Source of the DNA: a virus
Taxonomy: Duplodnaviria > Caudoviricetes
IMG/VR virus record: IMGVR_UViG_3300010163_000002
Span: 96,001 to 160,000 of that record
Direction: 5' to 3' (one strand)
Length of the DNA: 64,000 bases
The notes beneath the pieces are model-generated. The model was not told where the DNA came from and ran no database searches. It was given only the letters and a program-made list of their open reading frames with translations. Below are positions 31,727 through 41,152 of this stretch, piece by piece; within the stretch, counting starts at the first letter, position 1; every line of letters starts with the position of its first letter. The position numbers and the translations under genes were made by a program.

Positions 31727-32110
31727 TTAATTTACTACAATTAACTCTTTAATATATAATGTGTAAGTTAATGAATGTGTTTTATTTCTATCTTCATTGC
31801 CTGTATACTTTATTGTGTGATAAACCAGTATATTACTATCTATATCATCTGCTGATTTATTAACCTCGCAATCCAATACAATGCCAAATCCTTTTAATTG
31901 ATACTCTTTATTTAATAATGCATGTATAGTATCCATAAATTCTTTTGCTTCATCATATTTCTTAAATGCTTTTAAGGCACTATTAGTTTTTCTACCAATT
32001 TTTGTTTCTGTTCCATAAGATACTTGCGATTGTCCTACTAAAAATACTACTTCTTGCTCTGTCATAATATATTTCCTCCTATGTGTTTTATACGTATTTA
32101 TAGTATACAA
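31727..32110 (-). CDS. Hypothetical protein (paralog array A)
   Basis: ORF; likely start MTEQEV after AGGAGG. Confidence 0.65.
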   Translation of the reverse strand: MYTINTYKTHRRKYIMTEQEVVFLVGQSQVSYGTETKIGRKTNSALKAFKKYDEAKEFMDTIHALLNKEYQLKGFGIVLDCEVNKSADDIDSNILVYHTIKYTGNEDRNKTHSLTYTLYIKELIVVN

Positions 32111-32123
32111 TCAAAAAATAAAT

Positions 32124-32147
32124 ACGGGTAGGATAACTCCTACCCGT
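32124..32147. terminator. Hairpin terminator
   Basis: ACGGGTAGGA-taac-TCCTACCCGT. Confidence 0.78.
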
Positions 32148-32155
32148 TAAATTTA

Positions 32156-32842
32156 TCAGATTATGCTATCCTGAAGCCATTCTGCACGAGTAACCGCTGT
32201 GAATATTGTTTCCTCTATTGGACCATGAATAAATATTTCAATAAATTGTGATGCTTCATTTGATGTAACTTTTAATTCCCCATCAAATGTTCCAAATGAA
32301 GCTTTTATGGTCGCTTTGGTTTTATACATTTTTTCGCCCTTCGATAACTCTGATATTATATCTTCCTTCACACTTATGAGGCATATATCATCTTCATTAT
32401 TTAGGGTAAGTATAATTTCTTTTGCATCTGCGTCGCGGTTTACAAATAACCCAAGAGTGGTTTTAAAGTCCAAAATATACAAGTCTAACTTATTTTGCAA
32501 TTCAAAATTTTTCTTAGATTGTTTATTTTCAAATTCTTGTAATTCGATACTTTCAACTGCAAATTCAAGGGTGATTGTATCTCCGTTAGAATTTTCAAAT
32601 ACTTTATTTATTTTGAGCATACGCCCATCACGATATGTAGAATATTTATCGATTTTTTTATATGCTACTGGCTTAAAATCTTCATCATTTTCGCATATTG
32701 CCACAATCTCCGCATATTTTTTGTTTAGTTCTTTATTAGCTTTGTAAAGATCTTCGTATAGTCCTATAATATTATGAGATGTTGATGTTGCTTTATTTTC
32801 AGTTTGCAATATATCGTATTTTGCTAAATATAATTCTTTCAT
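32156..32842 (-). CDS. Hypothetical two-domain protein (paralog array A)
   Basis: ORF with AAGGAGG RBS. Confidence 0.7.
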   Translation of the reverse strand: MKELYLAKYDILQTENKATSTSHNIIGLYEDLYKANKELNKKYAEIVAICENDEDFKPVAYKKIDKYSTYRDGRMLKINKVFENSNGDTITLEFAVESIELQEFENKQSKKNFELQNKLDLYILDFKTTLGLFVNRDADAKEIILTLNNEDDICLISVKEDIISELSKGEKMYKTKATIKASFGTFDGELKVTSNEASQFIEIFIHGPIEETIFTAVTRAEWLQDSII

Positions 32843-32854
32843 AGTAAAACCTCC

Positions 32855-33622
32855 TTAAAATAAAGATTCAAAAATTGAATTAATGCTATAATCTCCATTG
32901 ATTTTTAAAGGAGTTTCATTATAAGCCCATTCTTGTAATAGATGTAATGGAACTGCACAATACAATTTTATAGTAGAATTTGAATCTACTATTTCTATAG
33001 TTAATTTCGCTATTGTCTCTGCAATAAGAAAATCTAAATTAACATCGAATATTTTAGAATCTAAACTTATGCAGCCTTTAATGGAAAATGTTGAACCTTT
33101 AACGCTTGATTGTAATTTGGATACATATTCAGCCCTATCAAATTCAATAGCCTTAAAGTCGTTTTCGCTACTTCTTAATAATTTAAGTATTATTTTATCA
33201 TTAGTTTTACTATAGGCAGACTTAGTAGATAATATAAGTCTAGTTTTTAGCATATCAATAATCTCTTTACTCATTGATTCAGTTGGTGATCCACCAGATA
33301 ATTCGTATACTACTATATAATCACCAATAAACTTTTCCAATATCAATAAGTATGTTATTGTATCTTTACCATCAGCAGACTCTAATACGATTGTACGCAT
33401 CCCGTACAGATTACTAAAAGCAATGATGCGATCAATCGTTGTATCGCTTTTCAATATATAACCATTCTTTATATTCGCATTTACACTATCAGCCATAGGG
33501 TTATCATTGAAATATTTCATAGCATCGTTATAATTATGACCAAAAGTATACATAGAACGATTATTATCTTTATCGTCATTATTGTTTGTTCTGACAAGAC
33601 ACAAAAGCAAATAGTTTTCCAT
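32855..33622 (-). CDS. Hypothetical two-domain protein (paralog array A)
   Basis: ORF with AGGAGG RBS. Confidence 0.7.
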   Translation of the reverse strand: MENYLLLCLVRTNNNDDKDNNRSMYTFGHNYNDAMKYFNDNPMADSVNANIKNGYILKSDTTIDRIIAFSNLYGMRTIVLESADGKDTITYLLILEKFIGDYIVVYELSGGSPTESMSKEIIDMLKTRLILSTKSAYSKTNDKIILKLLRSSENDFKAIEFDRAEYVSKLQSSVKGSTFSIKGCISLDSKIFDVNLDFLIAETIAKLTIEIVDSNSTIKLYCAVPLHLLQEWAYNETPLKINGDYSINSIFESLF

Positions 33623-33685
33623 ATTTTTTCCTCCTAAAAAATAAATATTTTAATACTTTGTACTCCAACGCATATAAATAAAAAA

Positions 33686-33710
33686 ATAAGTAGGGTCTTC
33701 CCCTACTTAT
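33686..33710. terminator. Hairpin terminator
   Basis: ATAAGTAGGG-tcttc-CCCTACTTAT. Confidence 0.7.
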
Positions 33711-34453
33711 ATAATTATGCTTTCTATGAAATCACTCAGCCATTTCTCCTCAAATTCAAAGTTTAGTCTGGCAACAGGATCACATTTAAAAGGATAATCT
33801 TTAGCAATCTCTACCGCTGCGCTAATTTTTTCTTCTTTAATATATCTCATATCCCAAGTAGTTTTGAATCTTGAGTTTAAAGCATAAGCATATCCAAAAA
33901 TTGTATAATATGCCGTTGAATATGAGTGCGATATTATGTCTCTGAGTGAATCGATTGACAGTTCTACACAAATATCAAATGCGATATTACTTATTGTAAA
34001 TACCAATTTTTTATTATGCCTATCATAGCGTAATGATTCTGTAAGCGTATTGTTAGAATTGTTAATTAAATTAATAATATCATCATCTGAGAATTTGCAT
34101 GGTACTGTTGTTAATTTATTAATCTTTTCCACCACAGTAAATGATAAAAATATTGTTTCTTTAGTATTATTAACTTTAATAAATTTTATACATTTCTTAC
34201 ATATAACTCCCTTTTCCAATGATGGCAGATCCCTTTCTTTAACTTCAAATATTTTTGCGTATTTTCCATTAGCAGTTAATATATCTGTCTCGCTCTTAAC
34301 CAAACTATCAACAAGAAATATTGCTGTAAGAATATTGTTAGCTGTAAATTCTGCAATTTCCTCTTCTTTTGATGGTTTGTCGCTGTAAATTTTTCTACAT
34401 TTTACAATATACTTTTTAAAGTTAAAGTTAAGATCGGTAGGTGCATTTGCCAT
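33707..34453 (-). CDS. Hypothetical two-domain protein (paralog array A)
   Basis: Start moved to MANAPT after GAGGAGG; the longer ORF-track start would cross a terminator. Confidence 0.7.
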   Translation of the reverse strand: MANAPTDLNFNFKKYIVKCRKIYSDKPSKEEEIAEFTANNILTAIFLVDSLVKSETDILTANGKYAKIFEVKERDLPSLEKGVICKKCIKFIKVNNTKETIFLSFTVVEKINKLTTVPCKFSDDDIINLINNSNNTLTESLRYDRHNKKLVFTISNIAFDICVELSIDSLRDIISHSYSTAYYTIFGYAYALNSRFKTTWDMRYIKEEKISAAVEIAKDYPFKCDPVARLNFEFEEKWLSDFIESIII

Positions 34454-34533
34454 TTTAGTTTCCTCCTCATGTATAAATATTAACTTGTTTCTATGAATAT
34501 AATATACTATTAAAAAATAATTTTTATCAAATG

Positions 34534-34566
34534 TAAATAGAGGTGGGAAATCCCCACCTCTATTTA
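34534..34566. terminator. Hairpin terminator
   Basis: TAAATAGAGGTGGG-aaatc-CCCACCTCTATTTA. Confidence 0.78.
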
Positions 34567-34572
34567 TTTTTT

Positions 34573-34902
34573 TTATGCTCGCATTACATGGACTCTTAAA
34601 TATTTCCATGGTGATTTTTTAACCTCTTTATGATCAGGGACGATACAGTTAAATTTTTTATATATTAAATTTTTGTATTTCTTACGTACACGCCTCTTCT
34701 TAGAGTACACAGCTAATTGTAGCCACCTATATGGTATTGGATATATATCCATGTTTCTTTTAATCGTTTGTGATCGTAGCCAACGTAATGTTTCATACGA
34801 CGGCATTAAATCATTATACAGCAGCATATTTCTAATAGTATAATCTTCACAACGTAAACCGTAACCTAGTGTTAACATTTTATGCCTCCATTTTGTTTCC
34901 AA
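34573..34902 (-). CDS. Basic hypothetical protein
   Basis: ORF; likely start MLTLGY after GGAGG. Confidence 0.55.
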   Translation of the reverse strand: METKWRHKMLTLGYGLRCEDYTIRNMLLYNDLMPSYETLRWLRSQTIKRNMDIYPIPYRWLQLAVYSKKRRVRKKYKNLIYKKFNCIVPDHKEVKKSPWKYLRVHVMRA

Positions 34903-34985
34903 TATATGGAAAATTTGAAAAAATAGATTAACATTCTTGCCAGAAAGTTAACTAAGTTAATATTAAAATAAGCGTAGGGTATAGC

Positions 34986-35423
34986 CTACGCTTTAGTTTC
35001 ATCATCATAATCCCATTCTATTTCTTCCTTTTTGAAATATAAATTTGTTGTAATATTTATAGCCCTATGGCCTCCATTAGCTACATTTATAAATGCATCT
35101 ACGTAAAATCTTCCAGCCGGCATAATCGCAAACTCATGCATATCAGATGTAATATTATTAGGCGATGTGCCATAGTCAAAATTAATAAGCTGTAGTATTA
35201 TAATGCCTTTTGTATTAAGCCAGCATATAGTATTTTTTGACAAGTCTGGATTTTCAACATGCTTAATAGCAAATTTTAAATTGTACCTCCCGTATTCTGA
35301 TTCAATGTGTACTTTATATTTTGCATTATTATATTCGTGCAGGCAAAATTGAATGGTGTCTAATTTTAAATATTCGTTTTCTATTAACACACTATTTATA
35401 ACTGGATGAAAAAATATCGACAT
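34986..35423 (-). CDS. Hypothetical beta-rich protein (paralog pair B)
   Basis: ORF with AAGGAGG RBS; resembles 35478-35888. Confidence 0.7.
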   Translation of the reverse strand: MSIFFHPVINSVLIENEYLKLDTIQFCLHEYNNAKYKVHIESEYGRYNLKFAIKHVENPDLSKNTICWLNTKGIIILQLINFDYGTSPNNITSDMHEFAIMPAGRFYVDAFINVANGGHRAINITTNLYFKKEEIEWDYDDETKA

Positions 35424-35447
35424 ATATGGCCTCCTTAAAAAATAGAG

Positions 35448-35471
35448 CCCTTCAGGAGTAATCCTGAAGGG
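35448..35471. terminator. Hairpin terminator
   Basis: CCCTTCAGGA-gtaa-TCCTGAAGGG. Confidence 0.78.
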
Positions 35472-35477
35472 TTGTTA

Positions 35478-35888
35478 TTATGCTCTGTATGTGTATACGT
35501 TTGCTGTGATAATTCTGGTGTTTGCGTCGTCGTTAAGCATTTCGAATATAAGATCGAAATAGATATCAGTATCACAGATGTTAGTAAGCTTCGATCTTTT
35601 TGTTGAAAAGATCTGAATACTTCCAGGAGTGCTTAATGTATTGATTACATTAATAAAGATCAGTCCTGTTTTAACATCTATATGCTGTTCCGTTCTAAAT
35701 CGATCATCATTTTGATCTGATTTGAAATCAACAACAATTCCAAACTGCGTCGCTTCCTTTTCATCATCGTAGATTTCATGGTCGAATCTTACGGGATCGT
35801 TATTGCGCGATACTGCATTTTGTGATGAAATCAACTCATAATGATCCCCGATAGATATAAATGCTTTTGCTCCAATAATTTTTGCCAT
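35478..35888 (-). CDS. Hypothetical beta-rich protein (paralog pair B)
   Basis: ORF with AAGGAGG RBS. Confidence 0.7.
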   Translation of the reverse strand: MAKIIGAKAFISIGDHYELISSQNAVSRNNDPVRFDHEIYDDEKEATQFGIVVDFKSDQNDDRFRTEQHIDVKTGLIFINVINTLSTPGSIQIFSTKRSKLTNICDTDIYFDLIFEMLNDDANTRIITANVYTYRA

Positions 35889-35957
35889 GGTATGTTCCTC
35901 CTTAATATGGTTTTACTCTAAAGTTAGCCAGCTATTATTTAATAATGAAATAAAAAA

Positions 35958-35981
35958 TAGAGTGGGATTTCTCCCACTCTA
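35958..35981. terminator. Hairpin terminator (GGGA-TTTC-TCCC family)
   Basis: TAGAGTGGGA-tttc-TCCCACTCTA. Confidence 0.8.
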
Positions 35982-35994
35982 GCATGATTAGATT

Positions 35995-37554
35995 TTATTC
36001 AAATCTATCAATAATGTATTTCATTCTGGTTGTTGCCGTTTCTACTATCAACGCAAAATCCCATGTAGATCCATTACCATACATTAATCCTGCAGCAGCC
36101 TGAGCATCTGCTGGAATATCAGTAATTGGCGTAGATGATGAGTACGACTCAATTACTTTACGTACAGGATATAATTCACTTCTAAGTGACTGCGGGAACA
36201 ACGCTGAGCCACCACTCATAATTTTGTCTCTGCAATCTTTAATAATAAATAATACATAATCGGTATCTTCAGCTAGCATATCGCTTGAACGAGGTACAAT
36301 TGCGATAACTTCGCTTGATGGATTTACGTTAAACTGAGGGCATGTTGCACCGCCATTATAGACATACTGGCATAATGGGTTTCTTGCTTCTTTGGAATCC
36401 CATTTTATTAATGGTTCGGCGTCAGGATCGCATGCTGTTGTTAATGAACAGAAAGGATATCTTCCGTATCCATGCAAAGCAACATTGATTTTCAATGCGT
36501 TTGGCAAAACTGTTTTCATAAACTTTTTAAGCGTAACACGCAGAGGTTTATCAGTAACGTCAACAATGTTATTATTAACTTTATTTTTAGCATCGTCTTT
36601 TGTCCTAACATTAGAAAATACACCGCCATGTTTTTCTGTATCTTTTTCTTCCGGCTTCTTCCAGAAGAATTTGATAACATCGTCAATGGTAGCAATTCTA
36701 CGCTTAAGAGCAGATTCAAGATTAAGATCGGCAATAATCTTTTCAGCTTCTGTTACTAATGTTGATGAAGGAGCCGACTTTGGTCTCATATAATTCATTG
36801 GATCTACTTTTTCGTTGAACCTTTCAATTACAGTGTCATCGTCAATATTATTGATAATATCATCCATTAAAGATCCTTCAACAGATCCGGCAAGGTGATA
36901 TAGAAGGTTATATTTTTCAAAAGCGTATTTCCACAGTTTATTGGTGCGACACTGGCCTTTGGAGTTGTTTACATCATCCATTACTTCTTTAACAGCTTTA
37001 AGAGTGCTTAAAGTATTTTTGTCATGCAGTAATTCTGTTGATGCAATTGCAATTGCACGGTCGATTGCATTTATATATCTATTCAGTGCAAGTCTAACTG
37101 TGCTAAAAATGTGCATACATTCCTCGCTTGTTATTCCGTAGTCAGGAATCAATACATTTCTGCTTATATTAGCATGGAAATGGCTCCATTCTTCAGTTTC
37201 AGCGGTGCCATATTCAATATGGTCTTCGTGCCCAGTTACGTACGTATTGGCATTGCTACATAATACTTGCGTCATTCTGGATGATTCCACTTCTTCATTT
37301 AATGCTCTTACGATGTCTTTAAATACACCGCAAGCAAGATCTTCATTCCATATAATAGATCTTGTAGATCCAGTATCATCTACGTATACAAGAGTTCCAT
37401 ATCTATGGAAGAATCCGCGGCACGTATTACAATTGAAATGCTGTCTGATTTCTCCTTCCGGGATCATAGATAAGTACAAATCAAACAGCGGAGTTCTTAC
37501 ATCTGTTTTAAAGAGTGCAACTCCAGATACTTTGACGTTAACTCTAAGCTCCAT
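35995..37554 (-). CDS. Large-phage hypothetical protein with 'RQHFNCNTCRGF' motif (N-terminus possibly frameshifted)
   Basis: 519-aa ORF; CxxC plus 'WSHFH', 'VDPMNYMRP'; no RBS at this ATG. Confidence 0.7.
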   Translation of the reverse strand: MELRVNVKVSGVALFKTDVRTPLFDLYLSMIPEGEIRQHFNCNTCRGFFHRYGTLVYVDDTGSTRSIIWNEDLACGVFKDIVRALNEEVESSRMTQVLCSNANTYVTGHEDHIEYGTAETEEWSHFHANISRNVLIPDYGITSEECMHIFSTVRLALNRYINAIDRAIAIASTELLHDKNTLSTLKAVKEVMDDVNNSKGQCRTNKLWKYAFEKYNLLYHLAGSVEGSLMDDIINNIDDDTVIERFNEKVDPMNYMRPKSAPSSTLVTEAEKIIADLNLESALKRRIATIDDVIKFFWKKPEEKDTEKHGGVFSNVRTKDDAKNKVNNNIVDVTDKPLRVTLKKFMKTVLPNALKINVALHGYGRYPFCSLTTACDPDAEPLIKWDSKEARNPLCQYVYNGGATCPQFNVNPSSEVIAIVPRSSDMLAEDTDYVLFIIKDCRDKIMSGGSALFPQSLRSELYPVRKVIESYSSSTPITDIPADAQAAAGLMYGNGSTWDFALIVETATTRMKYIIDRFE

Positions 37555-37643
37555 GCGGCAAGATTTTTCATTGTTTTATCATAATCTGCCTTATAAGTAT
37601 TAAGTTCCTCATTTACGTTTGTTTCCATACAAATTTTGCACAT
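37497..37643 (-). CDS. 48-aa ORF, possibly the out-of-frame N-terminus of 35995-37554
   Basis: AAAAGGAGA RBS about 8 nt upstream; MCKICMETNVNEELNTYKADYDKTMKNLAA...; overlaps the next ORF by 58 nt. Confidence 0.45.
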   Translation of the reverse strand: MCKICMETNVNEELNTYKADYDKTMKNLAAWSLELTSKYLELHSLKQM

Positions 37644-37753
37644 ACTTTTTATCTCCTTTTCTTCTTTTTACTATTTTTCTTGTTAAAATTCATTTGTCCT
37701 TCTATTTTACGGCACATATTATTCCTCCCTTCATTCAGCATATCTATATATGG

Positions 37754-38131
37754 TTAAACCCTACCATGCCAATAAGAGCTCAGCGCCTTTTTGATTTTAT
37801 CCTCCATATCATCATTTGAAAATTCTCCAAGCGGAGCGACAGAAATGCGCTGTACTATATCTGAGCCATAATATACACCTTGCATAGTATCTATTCGACA
37901 TATTTTATAAGGTTTAGATAGGATCTCTTTATCATATTTTTCTTCTACCTCTGGATTTGGTAAAGAGATTGCAAACCTCATTTTACCGCACTCTGTAGTA
38001 ACAAGTGTAAATTTATCACCATTAATTATATTTTGGTATTTTCCTGTATTAGGATTTATACGTTCATATAAGAATCTAAGTAAATCTTTTTCATTGATTT
38101 CCCCAAGATATTTAGGTTTTGTTCTACTCAT
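37754..38131 (-). CDS. Protein with domain homologous to the N-terminal part of the DGR target domain (VR-less paralog 2)
   Basis: 'KYLGEINEKDLLRFL...NTGKYQNIINGDKFTLV' aligns with 38142-38690 and with the target; AAAGGAG RBS at MSRTKP. Confidence 0.65.
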   Translation of the reverse strand: MSRTKPKYLGEINEKDLLRFLYERINPNTGKYQNIINGDKFTLVTTECGKMRFAISLPNPEVEEKYDKEILSKPYKICRIDTMQGVYYGSDIVQRISVAPLGEFSNDDMEDKIKKALSSYWHGRV

Positions 38132-38141
38132 ATATTCTCCT

Positions 38142-38690
38142 TTAGTTGTAAATAGGATTTTTCTCACGTATCACCTTATCAAATTTGGTATCTTTATCAG
38201 ATTTACCTTTAAGTATCCATTGAGTATACATGTCTCCAATTGTTTCACATCTTACGTGATAACCTATATCAGGATTAAATCCCATAGATAATACTCTAAC
38301 TTTCACTTTATCGTCGTTATTTACAAGTGTAAATACATCTCCGATTTTTATATTTTCAAATTTTCCAGTGTCAATTTTATGATCTTTTATAAATTGAGAA
38401 ATATTTTCTGGAGTTATTTCTCCAAAGTCTTTTACTTCAAATGATAAATTATTAAGATTCATACTTCCTCCTTTTAAAAATATTGGAGATAAGCCAACCA
38501 TAGAGTAGCAAGCTGGCCTTACAGTAATACGTTCTGCTGATTTATCCCATGATAAATATGGCATATAATGTGGAGCCCATGTATCCTCTGAAAGCCGCTT
38601 ATCAAATTTTTCTATTTTGCTTTTTAATGATACGCATTGCTTAAACTTATGATTCCATCCCTTTATCTTACGGTTTTTCTTTTTTCTCAT
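38142..38690 (-). CDS. Protein with domain homologous to the N-terminal part of the DGR target domain (VR-less paralog 1)
   Basis: 19/52 ungapped identities to target residues encoded at 40307-40462; internal AAAGGAGG RBS before an in-frame ATG at 38462. Confidence 0.7.
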   Translation of the reverse strand: MRKKKNRKIKGWNHKFKQCVSLKSKIEKFDKRLSEDTWAPHYMPYLSWDKSAERITVRPACYSMVGLSPIFLKGGSMNLNNLSFEVKDFGEITPENISQFIKDHKIDTGKFENIKIGDVFTLVNNDDKVKVRVLSMGFNPDIGYHVRCETIGDMYTQWILKGKSDKDTKFDKVIREKNPIYN

Positions 38691-38828
38691 TATTTGCCTC
38701 CTTTGTTTAATATTTTAAAAAGTCCACATAAAGGTATTACTTTATGTCTGGCTATAAATATATTATACATTTCAAATATACTTTTTTACCTGTATAGGTT
38801 CTAATAAAACGTAACAATGTTAGACTCA

Positions 38829-38841
38829 AACATAATGATAA
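38829..38841 (+). promoter_or_regulatory. ACA-N6-TAA phage promoter motif
   Basis: AACA-taatga-TAA upstream of the fibre operon. Confidence 0.6.
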
Positions 38842-38868
38842 TAAAATGTTAAAGGAGGTAGCATTGTT

Positions 38869-40095
38869 ATGGCGATTAATAAGGCCACTTTAGCCAAAGA
38901 GATCGATGGCGTTATAGAGTATATATACCCTAAAACTACTGCTGATCTTGTAGAGTATGATGCGTCTTATACTGTTGAAGAAAAAATTAAACAGTTAGAG
39001 AAAAACATCACTGGCGTCAATGACAGGGTTAGTAATCTGACCACTGGAATTGGAGACGGTAGTATTACATCTGTACTCGATGCTGAGCTTTTGGATATTA
39101 GAATTCCTAATGCCGGTGTAGTCGGAACAGAAGTTAAATATGCATCTGCTGGCGATGCTGTCAGAGGTCAAGTTGGTAAACTTTCTGATGAGATAGGCCA
39201 GAATAGAAGTAATCTTTCTAACGTGAAAGGCAAAGTTGATACTCTTGAGAAAATTGTTTCCTCAATTCAGGGAACCGCTGGAAATTCTAATGCAGAAGTA
39301 GTTGGATTGAGGGTTCCAAATTCTAAAATCAGTGAATTAACATACCAGAATGCCGGAGAGGCTGTAAGAGCACAGTTAGGAATTTTATTTGATAAAATCA
39401 TAGCTACCGATGCAAAAATAAGCACAATGCAAAATGCTTTCCAAGGAGGAGAAGTAAGTTCTGCTGAAGGATTGGAATTGGTAGATATTCGTACTCCTAG
39501 CTATAATGTGGTTCCAGAGGGAACTACGTATAAGACAGCCGGCGAAGCAGTAAGAGCACAGATGGATGCTCTTAATGAAAAAATTGAAGAGGTAAAAGAT
39601 GGGACGTATTATGAACTCCTGTATGTAAATGGAGAGCCTCTCTATACATCAGACGGTGAACCTATACTTGTATCCATCTCTTATAATGAAGTCGGAACAT
39701 CTGATATTTCTGCACTTGAGAAACGTATGAGGCAGGAGCTCAAGGATACGTTGGCTGCCCATACAAGAATTATGCAGCAGACTCTTAATGTAATTAATGA
39801 AGGAATGGAAACAATGCAAAGAAATATCGATATGATATATACCGGAAAATACTGTGAACCGATTATGATCGATGGCGACGAGTGGTATACTTCTGATAAG
39901 CAGCAAATTGTTACTTATACATCAGTTGGAGATTTAGCTCAGGAAGCTATTGACAGAACAGCTCAGTTATTAAGAGGAGAAATCTATCAAGCTAAAGTAT
40001 CTTGTGCAAGAGCTTTAAAAGATTGGGTTATGGATCAGAACATGTTGTTTCTTGTTAATACAGAACCTATAATCGAAGAAGTTACAGCATCTTGA
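38869..40095 (+). CDS. Tail fibre / baseplate-attached fibre protein
   Basis: Three repeats of E-x-x-[DG]-[IL]-R-x-P...Y-x-x-AG[DE]AVR[GA]Q typical of Firmicute phage fibre stems, coiled coils; N-terminal 'IYPKT.ADLV'; late promoter motif. Confidence 0.72.
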   Translation: MAINKATLAKEIDGVIEYIYPKTTADLVEYDASYTVEEKIKQLEKNITGVNDRVSNLTTGIGDGSITSVLDAELLDIRIPNAGVVGTEVKYASAGDAVRGQVGKLSDEIGQNRSNLSNVKGKVDTLEKIVSSIQGTAGNSNAEVVGLRVPNSKISELTYQNAGEAVRAQLGILFDKIIATDAKISTMQNAFQGGEVSSAEGLELVDIRTPSYNVVPEGTTYKTAGEAVRAQMDALNEKIEEVKDGTYYELLYVNGEPLYTSDGEPILVSISYNEVGTSDISALEKRMRQELKDTLAAHTRIMQQTLNVINEGMETMQRNIDMIYTGKYCEPIMIDGDEWYTSDKQQIVTYTSVGDLAQEAIDRTAQLLRGEIYQAKVSCARALKDWVMDQNMLFLVNTEPIIEEVTAS

Positions 40096-40162
40096 TATAT
40101 GTTATGGATTAAAACCAGAAATGGTTTTAATATATAAATTTTTAATAGGAGGTAAACCTACA

Positions 40163-41041
40163 ATGGGCAAAACAATTGCTAATTTAATTCAGGTAAATGA
40201 ATTGACAGCTAATGATGTATTTGTAGTAGGTACGGCCGCCGGCGATCGTAAGGTTCCTTACAATGTGCTGGTGCAGAATACTTCACACAATGCAATCTTT
40301 AGAGGCAAAAATCTTGGAACTGTAACAGCAGCCAACATTGACGCTTTCATTACTCAGCATGGTATTGCTACCGGAGTGTTTAATGATATCTATGTTGGTG
40401 ATTACTTCACTGCATCATATGCCGGAGCAAATACGGTATTCCGTATTGCTGGTATCAACTTCTATAAGAATACTGGTGATACGCAGTTGACTGCTAATCA
40501 TGTAGTTATCGTTCCAGATGGTAACCTTACAACTGCTGCGATGAATTCCACTAATACTACTGGAAAGAGTGCTAATGAAGCTAATACTTCTGAGAAGAGC
40601 GGATTCCTTGGTAGTGATATGTGGAATATTGTACTTCCGGATGTTAATGAGAAGCTTGCTGCTATCTTTGGCGGCCATCTGCTTACTCACAGAGAAATCC
40701 TTTCTAATAGCATGGATGAGAATGCTATTCCGTCTGGAAATCCATCTTGGAAGGGTGCTAGTAACGGATGGGAATGGGTAGATTGTAAGGCAGTTCTTAT
40801 GTCTGAAGTTGAAGTATATGGAGCTCCTGTATGCGGATCTTCGCTGTATGATGTAGGAATTGCAAACTGCATTCTTCCGCTGTTCGTGCTTGAAAAGCGT
40901 TATCTTACAAACAGAAGCTGGTTTTGGCTCAGAGGCGTAGCAAGTTCCGCGAATTTCTGCTATTGCACCAGCTATGGCGTTTCGGTCTGCAATAACGCGT
41001 CTAATGTCCTCGGCGTGCGGCCCCGCTTCCTTTTAGGTTGA
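40163..41041 (+). CDS. DGR target protein: putative receptor-binding protein with C-terminal C-type-lectin-fold (DUF6273-like) variable domain
   Basis: AGGAGG RBS before ATG 40163; 'LMSEVEVYG', 'WFWLRGVASSANFC...NASNVLGVRPRFLLG*'; contains the VR. Confidence 0.88.
   Translation: MGKTIANLIQVNELTANDVFVVGTAAGDRKVPYNVLVQNTSHNAIFRGKNLGTVTAANIDAFITQHGIATGVFNDIYVGDYFTASYAGANTVFRIAGINFYKNTGDTQLTANHVVIVPDGNLTTAAMNSTNTTGKSANEANTSEKSGFLGSDMWNIVLPDVNEKLAAIFGGHLLTHREILSNSMDENAIPSGNPSWKGASNGWEWVDCKAVLMSEVEVYGAPVCGSSLYDVGIANCILPLFVLEKRYLTNRSWFWLRGVASSANFCYCTSYGVSVCNNASNVLGVRPRFLLG
40943..41031 (+). repeat. DGR variable repeat (VR) including GC-rich/IMH end
   Basis: 89-nt ungapped match to 41984-42072 with 15 mismatches, all opposite A in TR. 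Confidence 0.96.
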
Positions 41042-41101
41042 TCCATAGCCCTAAAGCCGCCCGCTGTGTCGGTGCGGCATGGGCTATGAAAGATCAACCT
41101 A
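41034..41101 (+). promoter_or_regulatory. Long hairpin/cruciform immediately 3' of VR (DGR target-recognition element)
   Basis: Nested arms TAGGTTGATC/GATCAACCTA, CATAGCCC/GGGCTATG, GCCGC/GCGGC, CCG/CGG. Confidence 0.75.
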
Positions 41102-41139
41102 CAACGATAGCATATAAAATGTAAAAATATACCATATAA

Positions 41140-41152
41140 AACACTCTAATAA
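41140..41152 (+). promoter_or_regulatory. Putative phage RNAP promoter (AACA-N6-TAA) upstream of avd
   Basis: AACA-ctctaa-TAA, same motif as upstream of ten other plus-strand operons. Confidence 0.55.
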
